Shown here in pieces: positions 37,387-46,530 of a stretch of 64,000 nucleotides of DNA. Below the pieces are notes generated by a model, which was not told where the DNA came from, searched no databases, and was given only the letters and a program-made list of their open reading frames with translations. The DNA lies in contig OZ219816.1 of the NCBI GenBank assembly GCA_964291235.2, positions 160,001 through 224,000 on the forward strand, in the 5' to 3' direction. Positions within the stretch are counted from its first letter, which is position 1. Every line of letters begins with the position of its first letter. Source of the stretch: Vicinamibacteria bacterium. GTDB lineage: Bacteria > Acidobacteriota > Vicinamibacteria > Marinacidobacterales > Marinacidobacteraceae. The translations under genes were made by a program, and so were the position numbers.

Positions 37387-40300
37387 GTGAAGTCCCTGAT
37401 TGCCGGCTGCATCCGGCGCCCGGTCAGCGTCGCCATGTTCACCGTGGCCGCGTGCGTCTTCGGCTTCGTCGCCCTCGGCCGGTTGCCGGTCAACCTGTTG
37501 CCGGAGATCTCCTATCCCACCCTGACGGTCGAGACCCGGATGCCGGGCGCGGCGCCCATCGAGGTGGAAACGCTGGTGACCCGGCCCATCGAGGAGGCGG
37601 CCTCCGTCGTTCCCGGGCTGCGCCGGGTCACCTCCCGTTCCCGCGCCGGGACGTCGGAGGTGACCCTGGAGTTCGTCTGGGATACGAACATGGACTTCGC
37701 CGGGCTCGACGTCAGGGAAAAGCTCGACAGCGTCGTCCTTCCGGAAGACGCCGAACGGCCCCGGCTCCTCCGGTTCGACCCCGCGTCCGACGCCATCTTC
37801 CGTATCGGCGTCTCCGGCGAACTCCCGCTCTCCGCGCTCCGTGAGTGGACGGAAGAGGACCTCAAGAAGGATCTCGACGCGGTGGAGGGGGTCGCCGCGG
37901 TCCGGATCGAGGGCGGACTCGTACGCGAGATCCAGGTGGACGTGGACGAGGGCCGGCTCGCCGCCTACGGGATCACGGTCGCCGAGGTGAGCGCGGCGCT
38001 CGCCGACAACAACGTCAATCTCGCCGGCGGGAGCGTGTACGAAGACGAGGCCCGCTACCTGGTCCGCACGCTCAACGAACTGGACACCCTGGACCGCATC
38101 CGCGCCGTCATCGTGAAGGACGCCGAAGGCCGGCTGGTGCGCCTTCAGGACGTGGCCGAGGTCCGCTCCGGGTTCCAGGATCAGGAAGTGATCCTGCGCC
38201 AGGGCGGGTCCGAAGGCGTCGAGGTGCGGGTCTTCAAGGAGGGGGACGCGAACACCGTGCAGGTGGCCGAGGGCATCCGGGCCCGCCTCGAGACGCTCTC
38301 CGAGGCGGTCCCAGGGACCCTCTCGCTCGCCGTCCTCTTCGACCAGTCGCAGTTCATCGAGGGCGCCATCTCGGAGGTGGTGCGGAACGCCTGGGAAGGC
38401 GGCCTGCTCGCCATCCTGGTGATCGCGCTCTTCCTGCGGGACCGCCGGGCGACGGCGGTCGTCGCGATGGCGATCCCGGTGTCGGTGATCGCCACCTTCT
38501 TCGTGATGCAGCAGATGGGGCTCTCGCTGAACATCATGTCGCTCGGCGGTCTGGCGCTCGGGGTGGGCATGCTGCTCGACGACTCCATCGTGGTCCTCGA
38601 GGCCATCCACCGCCGCCGCCACGGAGGTGAGGGAGCGCGCGACGCCGCGGTTGGCGGCACGGTCGAAGTTGCGGGCCCGGTGATCGCCTCGACCCTCACC
38701 ACCGTCGCCGTCTTCCTGCCGATCGTCTTCGTCGAGGGAGTCGCGGGGCAGCTCTTCCGGGACCAGGCGCTGACCGTTTCGATCTCGATCCTGGCATCGC
38801 TCGGCTTCTCGCTGGCGCTGATCCCGGTGCTCGCGAGCCGGGGCGGCGGCGCTCCGGGAGGCGCCCCGGGAAGCGCCTCCACCGGCCGGCCGACCCTCTT
38901 CGTCCGGGCGCTCCGCGGGGTCCGCGCCGGGTTCCGGGCGGGGGGGCGGGCGCTGGCCTGGCCGCTGAAGCCCGTGTTCCGGGCTTTCGGCGCGGCGGAA
39001 ACCGCGATGCAGCGCGCCTATCCGGCGACGCTTCGCGCCGCGCTCCGCCACCCGGTCCTCGTCTTCGGTCTCGCGATCTCGCTCTTCGCCGGTTCCCTCG
39101 CACTCGGGAGGGCCGCAATCGGCGTCGAGCTGATCCCGGCGCTCTCCCAGGGCGAGTTCCACTTCGACGTCCACCTCCCCGAGGGGTCCGCGGTGACCGC
39201 CACCGATACGGTGGTGGGCGCCGTGGGGCAGTCCGCGCTGGAGGATCCGGCGGTGCTCCGAGTGACCACCGAGGCGGGCACCGCCGCCGGCGGCGGTTTC
39301 ACGGGAGGCTCCGGACGCGCCGAGCACCAGGGCCGCATCCAGGTGGCGATGGCCGACCGGGGAGACAAGGCGGCCGAGGCGGCCGTGATCGAGAGGATCC
39401 GCGCCGACCTCGCGGGGCAGCCCGGGATCCGCTACGAGTTCGGCCGGCCGTCCTTCTTCAGCTTCCGCCAGCCGGTCGAGGTCGAGATCTATTCCGAAGA
39501 CCGCTCGCTGCTGGTCCCGAGCGCCCGCCGGGTGCAGGCGGCCGTCGCCGAGGTGCCCGGACTCGCGGACGTGCGTTCCACCGCGGAAGCGGGCAGTCCC
39601 GAGATCCGGGTCCGGTTCGCTGCCGACCGGCTCGCGAGCCTGGGCCTCACCGTGGATCAGGCGTCCGAGGGACTCCGCGCCAAGCTGCGCGGCGAAGTCG
39701 CCACCAGGCTCGACGAGGGCGACCGCCGCATCGACATCGTGGTGCGGGGAAGCGAAAGCCTGCGCTCGCGCACCGCGGCGGTGCCGGAGCTGATCGTCCA
39801 TGCCGAAGAGGCGCGGCCGGTGCCGCTCCGGGCGCTTGGCGACGCGGAGGTCAGCGAGGGCCCCGCCGAACTCCGCCGAGTGGGCCAGCGGCCCGCGGTG
39901 GTGATCTCGGGCAACCTCGACGGAGCGGATCTGGAAGGGGCCACCGAGGCCATCGGAACTTCGATCGCCGGACTCGGCCTGGCCCCCGGCGTCTCCACCC
40001 GGTTCGGGGGGCAGCGCGAGGAAATGGAGCGTTCCTTCGCGAGTCTGGCGCTGGCGATCGGACTCGCCATCTTCCTCGTCTATTTCGTGATGGCGAGCCA
40101 GTTCGAGTCGCTGCTGCACCCCTTCCTGATCCTGTTCACGATCCCCCTCGGCGCGATCGGGGTGGTGTGGGCGCTGCTGCTCTCCGGATCCACGCTGAGC
40201 GTCATCGTGCTCATCGGGATGGTGATGCTGGCAGGCATCGTGGTCAAGAACGCCATCGTGCTGGTGGACTGCATCAACCGGCTGCGGCGGGAGGGGATGG

Positions 40301-40548
40301 CGAAGGCGGAGGCGATCGTCGCGGCCGGACAGATCCGGCTGCGCCCGATCCTGATGACCACCCTGACCACGATCCTCGCGCTGACCCCGATGGCGCTCGG
40401 GCTCGGCGAGGGGGCCGAGATCCGGGGCCCGATGGCGATCACCGTCATCGGCGGCTTGCTGGTTTCGACCCTGCTGACGCTGGTGGTCATCCCGACGGCG
40501 TATTCGGTGTTCGACCGGAAGAGGTTCACGCCGGAGGCGCCATCGTGA
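37387..40548 (+). CDS. RND permease subunit 1 (AcrB/MdtBC-like)
   Basis: RRPVSV, LPEISYP, GMLLDDSIVVLE, GIVVKNAIVLVD, RLRPILMTT; GTG start. Confidence 0.92.
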   Translation: MKSLIAGCIRRPVSVAMFTVAACVFGFVALGRLPVNLLPEISYPTLTVETRMPGAAPIEVETLVTRPIEEAASVVPGLRRVTSRSRAGTSEVTLEFVWDTNMDFAGLDVREKLDSVVLPEDAERPRLLRFDPASDAIFRIGVSGELPLSALREWTEEDLKKDLDAVEGVAAVRIEGGLVREIQVDVDEGRLAAYGITVAEVSAALADNNVNLAGGSVYEDEARYLVRTLNELDTLDRIRAVIVKDAEGRLVRLQDVAEVRSGFQDQEVILRQGGSEGVEVRVFKEGDANTVQVAEGIRARLETLSEAVPGTLSLAVLFDQSQFIEGAISEVVRNAWEGGLLAILVIALFLRDRRATAVVAMAIPVSVIATFFVMQQMGLSLNIMSLGGLALGVGMLLDDSIVVLEAIHRRRHGGEGARDAAVGGTVEVAGPVIASTLTTVAVFLPIVFVEGVAGQLFRDQALTVSISILASLGFSLALIPVLASRGGGAPGGAPGSASTGRPTLFVRALRGVRAGFRAGGRALAWPLKPVFRAFGAAETAMQRAYPATLRAALRHPVLVFGLAISLFAGSLALGRAAIGVELIPALSQGEFHFDVHLPEGSAVTATDTVVGAVGQSALEDPAVLRVTTEAGTAAGGGFTGGSGRAEHQGRIQVAMADRGDKAAEAAVIERIRADLAGQPGIRYEFGRPSFFSFRQPVEVEIYSEDRSLLVPSARRVQAAVAEVPGLADVRSTAEAGSPEIRVRFAADRLASLGLTVDQASEGLRAKLRGEVATRLDEGDRRIDIVVRGSESLRSRTAAVPELIVHAEEARPVPLRALGDAEVSEGPAELRRVGQRPAVVISGNLDGADLEGATEAIGTSIAGLGLAPGVSTRFGGQREEMERSFASLALAIGLAIFLVYFVMASQFESLLHPFLILFTIPLGAIGVVWALLLSGSTLSVIVLIGMVMLAGIVVKNAIVLVDCINRLRREGMAKAEAIVAAGQIRLRPILMTTLTTILALTPMALGLGEGAEIRGPMAITVIGGLLVSTLLTLVVIPTAYSVFDRKRFTPEAPS

Positions 40549-43500
40549 GCCTTCCAAAGCTGGCGGTGAACCGCCCCGTCACCACCGCGATGGTGCTGCT
40601 CAGCCTGCTCGTGCTCGGCGGCATCTCGTTCACCCGGATCCCGCTGGCGTTCCTGCCGGATGTGGATTTCCCGGGCGTCTTCGTGACCGTCCCCTACCCG
40701 AACGCGAGTCCCCGGCAGATCGAGCGCGAGATCGTCCAACCGCTCGAGGAGGCGCTCGCCACCATCCCCGGCGCCCGGCGTATCCACTCGACGGCCACGG
40801 CCGACCGGGCTGACCTCCAGCTCGAGTTCACCTGGGGCGAAACCGTGGACGTGGCGCGGGCGAAGGTGTTCGAGGCGGTGGAAGACGCCCGCCGGGATCT
40901 GCCCGCGGATGTCCGGGAGATCTACGTCAACACCTTCTCGACGACCCAGATCCCGATCGTCGAGGCGCGGATCTCCGCGCCCGGGATGGACCTGTCGGCG
41001 AACTACGACCGCCTCGAACGGCGGATCGCGGACCCGATCCGGCGCGTTCCGGGCGTCGCGCGGGTGGACCTCGACGGCGTGGAGCCGCGCGAGGTGCGGA
41101 TCAACCTGCGCCTCGACCGGCTCGCCGCCCACCGGGTGGACATCGGGGAGATCAGCGAGCGCGTGACCGGCATGAACCGGAATGTCTCGCTCGGACGCAT
41201 CCGGGCGCACGGCGAGGTGACGCCCGTCCGCGGCTTCGGGGCGCTTTCGGCCATCGGCGAGATCGGGAGCCTCCCGCTGAACGATCAGGGACTGCGCGTT
41301 GCGGATGTCGCCGACGTCACCTACCGGGAGCCTCCGATCCCCTACGGACGGCATCTCAACGACGAGGCGGCCATCGGGCTGACGGTCTTCAAGGCGGCGC
41401 AGGCGAACACGGTGGAGGTCGCCACCGCGGTTACCGAGCTGATCGAGACCGAGATTGCCGCCGACCCGGCACTCGCCGGGATCAGCCTCTTCGTCTGGGA
41501 GGACCAGGCGGCCGAGATCACCTCGGGCCTCGCGGGCATCCGCACGGAGGGACTGCTCGGGGCGCTCTTCGCCGTCTTCTTGCTCTTCCTGTTCCTGCGC
41601 CGGGTGGACACGACCTCGATCATCAGCCTGACGATTCCGATGTCCATCATCGCGACCGCGATCGTCCTCTACTTCGCCGGCCGGTCACTCAACGTGCTCT
41701 CCATGATGGGGATGATGCTGGGCATCGGGCTGCTGGTGGACGACGCCATCGTGGTGCTCGAATCCATCGTCCGCGAGCACGGCCGCGGAATTCCGGCGCG
41801 GGCGGCAGCCATCACCGGCGCCCGTGCGGTGTCCGGGGCGGTGATCGCCTCGACGGTCACCACCGCGGTGGTGTTCTTGCCGATGGTGGTGGGGCCCAAG
41901 AACCAGATGTCCATCTGGCTCGGGGAGATCGGCCTCGCCATCTCGCTGACCATCTTCTGTTCACTGTTCATTTCGCTGACCCTGATCCCGCTGGTGAGTT
42001 CGCGGCTGCTCGCGAGGAAACCGTCGGTCGCGCCGCGCTGGACCGAGCGGCTGGGAGACCTGTACCAGGCCGTCCTGCGGTTCACCCTGCGCCGGCGCTG
42101 GGTCACGGCGGGAATCGCGGTCGCCTTCCTCGCTACCGCGATCCTGCCGTTCTTCCTGGGTCTCTCCACCGCGGTGTTCTCCGGGTTCAACCGCAACCGG
42201 GTCTTCCTCGCCTACGAGTTCTCGGATTTCCACTACAAGGAGGATGCGCGCGGTGCGGTGCTGGCCGTCGAGCGCGAGCTCGCCGGACTCCGCGACGAAC
42301 TGGGAATCGAGTCGGTCTACAGCTTCTTCGGCGAGAACGAGGCGCAGACGGTGATCTCGTTCGGGGAGCAGCACATCTCCGACGACGAGGGCAAGGAACT
42401 CCGCGAGCGGATCAAGACGGTTTTGCCGCCCCTTCCCGGGGCGCGGATCGTCTTCGGAGACGAAGATCAGGAAACCGGCGGGGAGAGCATGTTCTTCCGC
42501 GTCCGGTTCTATGGCGAGGATTCGGAGCGCCTCGCCGCCATCGCCCGCGAGGCCGAAGACCGGTTGACGGCGGTCGGGGGCGTCGCGGACATCCGGAGCG
42601 GCGAGGACAACCCGCGGAAGGAAGTGGTGGTCCGGCCGCGGGCCGAGGCGGCCGCGCGGATCGGCGTCACGCCGCGCGACCTCGCCGAGATCTTCGGTTT
42701 CACCCTCGGCGGCCGGCCGCTCCGCCGTTTCCAGACCGAGGACCGGGAGGCCGAGGTGCTCCTCACCGTGTCCCAGCAGGACGTCTCACGGGTGGAGGAT
42801 CTCCGGAACTTCACCCTGACGTCCGATGCCGGAGTCCCGGTCTCCCTCGGCGACCTCGCCGATTTCGAGATCGTCGAACGCAGCCGCGCGATCCGGCGGG
42901 TGGACCGGAAGGCGGTGGCCACGCTGCGCGCCAGCTACGAAGGGGAGACGTGGGAGGACGCCCGTACCGAGATCGAGGAGGAACTCGACGAGATGGCGCT
43001 TCCCGCCGGGTACACCTGGTCCTTCGGGGACCGGATCAACCGGCAGGACACCGACCTCCAGAACATGGCGGTGAACTATCTGCTGGCGCTGCTGCTGATC
43101 TACATCGTGATGGCCGCCCAGTTCGAGTCGCTCATCCATCCGCTCGCGATCCTGATTTCGATCCCCTACGCGCTGTGGGGCGCATCCTGGATGCTGCTCG
43201 TGACGAACAGTCCGTTCAACCTGATGGCCCAAATCGGCATGCTCATCCTGATGGGCATAGTGGTGAAGAACGGGATCGTGCTGATCGACCATGTGAACAA
43301 GCTGCGCCGCGACGGGATGGAGCGCACCCAGGCGCTCCTCGAAGGCGGCCGGGACCGGCTGCGGCCCATCCTGATGACCGCCGGCGCGACGATGCTGGCG
43401 CTGGTGCCGATGGGGATCGGGCGGACCGGGCTCGACGGGCTCTACTACTTCCCGCTCGCCCGGACCGTGATCGGCGGACTCGCCGCTTCGACGGTCCTGA

Positions 43501-43631
43501 CGCTCGTCATCCTGCCGTTCTTCTACACGCTGCTGGACGACCTGGCGATGCGGGCGCGCCGCGTTTGGCGGGCGAGCGGGGAGCCGGCGGTTCCGGCGCC
43601 ACCGGCGACAGAACCAGTCACGGTTCCCTGA
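40545..43631 (+). CDS. RND permease subunit 2 (heteromeric pair)
   Basis: GTGA overlap with the previous stop; NRPVTT, GLLVDDAIVVLE, GIVVKNGIVLID, RLRPILMTA. Confidence 0.92.
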   Translation: MSLPKLAVNRPVTTAMVLLSLLVLGGISFTRIPLAFLPDVDFPGVFVTVPYPNASPRQIEREIVQPLEEALATIPGARRIHSTATADRADLQLEFTWGETVDVARAKVFEAVEDARRDLPADVREIYVNTFSTTQIPIVEARISAPGMDLSANYDRLERRIADPIRRVPGVARVDLDGVEPREVRINLRLDRLAAHRVDIGEISERVTGMNRNVSLGRIRAHGEVTPVRGFGALSAIGEIGSLPLNDQGLRVADVADVTYREPPIPYGRHLNDEAAIGLTVFKAAQANTVEVATAVTELIETEIAADPALAGISLFVWEDQAAEITSGLAGIRTEGLLGALFAVFLLFLFLRRVDTTSIISLTIPMSIIATAIVLYFAGRSLNVLSMMGMMLGIGLLVDDAIVVLESIVREHGRGIPARAAAITGARAVSGAVIASTVTTAVVFLPMVVGPKNQMSIWLGEIGLAISLTIFCSLFISLTLIPLVSSRLLARKPSVAPRWTERLGDLYQAVLRFTLRRRWVTAGIAVAFLATAILPFFLGLSTAVFSGFNRNRVFLAYEFSDFHYKEDARGAVLAVERELAGLRDELGIESVYSFFGENEAQTVISFGEQHISDDEGKELRERIKTVLPPLPGARIVFGDEDQETGGESMFFRVRFYGEDSERLAAIAREAEDRLTAVGGVADIRSGEDNPRKEVVVRPRAEAAARIGVTPRDLAEIFGFTLGGRPLRRFQTEDREAEVLLTVSQQDVSRVEDLRNFTLTSDAGVPVSLGDLADFEIVERSRAIRRVDRKAVATLRASYEGETWEDARTEIEEELDEMALPAGYTWSFGDRINRQDTDLQNMAVNYLLALLLIYIVMAAQFESLIHPLAILISIPYALWGASWMLLVTNSPFNLMAQIGMLILMGIVVKNGIVLIDHVNKLRRDGMERTQALLEGGRDRLRPILMTAGATMLALVPMGIGRTGLDGLYYFPLARTVIGGLAASTVLTLVILPFFYTLLDDLAMRARRVWRASGEPAVPAPPATEPVTVP

Positions 43632-43851
43632 CCGTCAGGCACCGTCAACCAATAGCGCAGCGCACCCCTCCTCCCGAGGAAGAGACCGCCGACCGGGGGA
43701 GGGAACAGGAGCGCCGGCCTCCGATGTTGGCGTCTTCGCACCGAGTTTTCCACATCGACCTCCGCGGGCGGGAAGAAACGGGCCGGAATTTCGTCTATGG
43801 GATGAGTGGGAGACGCCGTGTCTTCCACCGTATCCCCTGGAGGAGTTTCCG

Positions 43852-44346
43852 ATGCCCCAGTCCGCGCCGCAGCCGCCGAAACCCATTCCCGCACGCGCGG
43901 AGAGCGGCGTCCCGAAATCGACCGATAGCGGCGTCCTCTTCCGTGCCCTGGTGGAAGCCGGAGCGGATCCAGGGCTCGCCTATACTGCTGAAGCAGGAAC
44001 GAAGTCCATGGTTTCCGAAGCGGTAGCCACGCAGGTCCAGCCGATTCTGGTGGAAATGCGCCAGCTCTTCGCCGAGCAGGAGCGGCGCTTCGCCGAGCAG
44101 GATCGGAAGCTGGACGCGCTGGCCGCGAAATATGCCGAGCACGACCGCAAGCTGGATGCGCTGGCCGCGCACGTTGGCGAGCACGACCACAAGCTGGATG
44201 CACTGACCACGGAGGTCCGGCGGACGAACGAGGTCGTGGACGTGAAGCTGGACGGCATCCGGCGGGAGTTGCGGCTGATCTGGGGCGCGCTCGGAATCTC
44301 GCTGACGGTGTGGCTGGTGGTCCTCGGGTACCTGCTCTCGAACTGA
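43852..44346 (+). CDS. Membrane-anchored coiled-coil protein (CCDC90/DUF1640-like architecture), copy 1
   Basis: GGAGGAG RBS; head LFRALVEAGADP; three 14-aa E(H/Q)D(R/H)KLDAL units; C-terminal TM IWGALGISLTVWLVVLGYLL. Confidence 0.78.
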   Translation: MPQSAPQPPKPIPARAESGVPKSTDSGVLFRALVEAGADPGLAYTAEAGTKSMVSEAVATQVQPILVEMRQLFAEQERRFAEQDRKLDALAAKYAEHDRKLDALAAHVGEHDHKLDALTTEVRRTNEVVDVKLDGIRRELRLIWGALGISLTVWLVVLGYLLSN

Positions 44347-44375
44347 TTGCTGCCGCGGCGGAGGCCAGGCCGGTG

Positions 44376-44665
44376 CCGCCAGGGCTGGTGGGGGGTTTCG
44401 CCGAGAGGGGAGCCATCCTGACGGATGGAGTCCGTCCCGCCGCCCGCCTTCGGCGGGCTGTGCCGGCCTGGAGGCCGGCGTTCCCTTGCGGTCGCCCGCG
44501 CTTTCGCGCTGGGTGGGGGTTTGTGCCGACGCGGGCCTACGGCCCGCTGTGCCGGCCCCCACCGGGAGGACTGGCCTGGGGATCGGCCCAGTTCTCTCGG
44601 CGGGGGCTCCGGTGCCGGTGTGGCGCCAAGGCTGGTGAGGTTCCCGCCGAGAGGGGAACCATCCT
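44376..44665. repeat. REP-containing intergenic repeat between the duplicated genes
   Basis: CGCCGAGAGGGGA(G/A)CCATCC twice and GGGCTGTGCCGGCCTGGAGGCCGGCGTTCCC; same family as the 7809 array. Confidence 0.8.
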
Positions 44666-44847
44666 GCATCGATCTCTGCGGCGGAAGTATGAGAAATCCC
44701 GGCTGGCATCGCTCGCCCGCGGTCGGCGTCTTCGCACCGAGTTTTCCACATCGACCACCGCGGGCGGGAAGAAACGGGCCGGAATTTCGTCTATGGGATG
44801 AGTGGGAGACGCCGTGTCTTCCACCGCATCCCCCGGAGGAGTGTCCG

Positions 44848-45447
44848 ATGCCCCAGTCCGCGCCGCAGCCGCCGCAGCCGATCCCCCCACGTGCGGAGGG
44901 CGGCGTCCCGAAAACGACCGATAGCGGCGTCCTCTTCCGTGCCCTGGTGGAAGCCGGAGCGGATCCAGGGCTCGCCTATACTGCTGAAGCAGGAACGAAG
45001 TCCATGGTTTCCGAAGCGGTAGCCACGCAGGTGCAGCCGATTCTGGTGGAAATGCGCCAGCTCTTCGCCGAGCAGGATCGGAAGCTGGACGCGCTGGCCG
45101 CGAAAGTTGCCGAGCACGGCCTCAAGCTGGACGCGCTGGCCGCGAAATATGCCGAGCACGACCGCAAGCTGGACGCGCTGGCCGCGAAATATGCCGAGCA
45201 CGACCGCAAGCTGGACGCGCTGGCCGCGAAATATGCCGAGCACGACCGCAAGCTGGATGCGCTGGCCGCGCAGGTTGGCGAGCACGACCATAAGCTGGAC
45301 GCACTGACCACGGAGGTCCGGCGGACGAACGAGGTCGTGGACGTGAAGCTGGACGGCATCCGGCGGGAGTTGCGGCTGATCTGGGGCGCGCTCGGAATCT
45401 CGCTGACGGTGTGGCTGGTGGTCCTCGGGTACCTGCTTTCGAACTGA
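44848..45447 (+). CDS. Membrane-anchored coiled-coil protein, copy 2 (expanded 42-bp repeat)
   Basis: Near-identical to 43852..44346 but with six KLDAL units; ATG 44848 with GGAGGAG RBS. Confidence 0.78.
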   Translation: MPQSAPQPPQPIPPRAEGGVPKTTDSGVLFRALVEAGADPGLAYTAEAGTKSMVSEAVATQVQPILVEMRQLFAEQDRKLDALAAKVAEHGLKLDALAAKYAEHDRKLDALAAKYAEHDRKLDALAAKYAEHDRKLDALAAQVGEHDHKLDALTTEVRRTNEVVDVKLDGIRRELRLIWGALGISLTVWLVVLGYLLSN

Positions 45448-45477
45448 CTGGTGCCGCCGCGGAGGCGGGGGCCGGTG

Positions 45478-45710
45478 CCGCCAGGGCTGGTGGGGGTTTC
45501 GCCGAGAGGGGAGCCATCCTGACGGGTGGGGGTCCGTCCCGCCGCCCGCCTTCGGCGGGCTGTGCCGATCTGGAGGCCGGCGTTCCCTTGCGGTCGCCCG
45601 CGCTTTCGCGCCGGGTGGGGGTCCGTCCCGCCGCCCGCCTCCGGCGGGCTGTGCCGATCTGGAGATCGGCGTTCCGTTGCGGTCGCCCGCGCTTTCGCGC
45701 TGGGTGGGGG
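45478..45710. repeat. REP-containing tail, two hairpin units
   Basis: GCCGATCTGGAGGCCGGCGTTCCC and GCCGATCTGGAGATCGGCGTTCC, each followed by TGCGGTCGCCCGCGCTTTCGCGC. Confidence 0.8.
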
Positions 45711-45779
45711 GATTGTCCGGCGTTTTCCGGAACAGGGTAGGCTGCGCAACGTATTGATCCGTGGAGACAGAACACGGAA

Positions 45780-46520
45780 ATGAACGGGAGCAGCAACGGA
45801 ACCGCCGCAGTGAACGGCGCTGCCGCCGTCTCCATGCGGGACGTGACCAAGGTGTACCAGATGGGGGAGGTCGAGGTGCACGCGCTCCGTGGCGTGAGCC
45901 TCGACTTCGACGAGGGCGGGTTCACCGTCCTCCTCGGGCCGTCCGGGAGCGGCAAGTCCACGCTCCTCAACATCCTCGGGGGACTCGACGTCCCCACGGC
46001 GGGCCAGGTGGTCTATCGGGGCCAGGACCTCACCCGCGCGGACGAGGGCGAACTGACCCGCTACCGGCGGCGCCGGGTGGGATTCGTCTTCCAGTTCTAC
46101 AACCTGATCCCCTCGCTCAGCGCCCGGGAGAACGTGGAACTCGTGACCGAAATCTCCGACGACCCGCTCCCCGCGCTGGAGGCGCTCGACATCGTCGGCC
46201 TCTCGGACCGGACGGACCACTTCCCCTCGCAGATGTCCGGCGGCGAACAGCAGCGCGTGGCCATCGCGCGCGCCATCGCCAAGCGGCCGGACATCCTCCT
46301 CTGCGACGAACCGACCGGAGCGCTCGACATCAGCACCGGCATCCAGGTGCTCGAGGCCATCGAGCGGGTGAACCGCGAGTACGGCGCCACCACCGCCATC
46401 ATCACCCACAACGCCGCGATCTCGACGATCGCCGACCGGGTCATCTCGCTGGCCGACGGCCGCATTTCGCAGGTGCAGCGGAACGAGACGCGCGCCGCCG
46501 CCTCCACGGTCCAATGGTGA
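45780..46520 (+). CDS. ABC transporter ATP-binding protein (MacB/LolD type)
   Basis: [43 protein letters not shown]. Confidence 0.94.
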   Translation: MNGSSNGTAAVNGAAAVSMRDVTKVYQMGEVEVHALRGVSLDFDEGGFTVLLGPSGSGKSTLLNILGGLDVPTAGQVVYRGQDLTRADEGELTRYRRRRVGFVFQFYNLIPSLSARENVELVTEISDDPLPALEALDIVGLSDRTDHFPSQMSGGEQQRVAIARAIAKRPDILLCDEPTGALDISTGIQVLEAIERVNREYGATTAIITHNAAISTIADRVISLADGRISQVQRNETRAAASTVQW

Positions 46521-46530
46521 GGCGCCCCGC

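Noticed and set aside
43746-44750. Replication origin suggested by DnaA boxes
   Set aside because: Only single boxes per locus, no AT-rich unwinding element and no dnaA/dnaN nearby.
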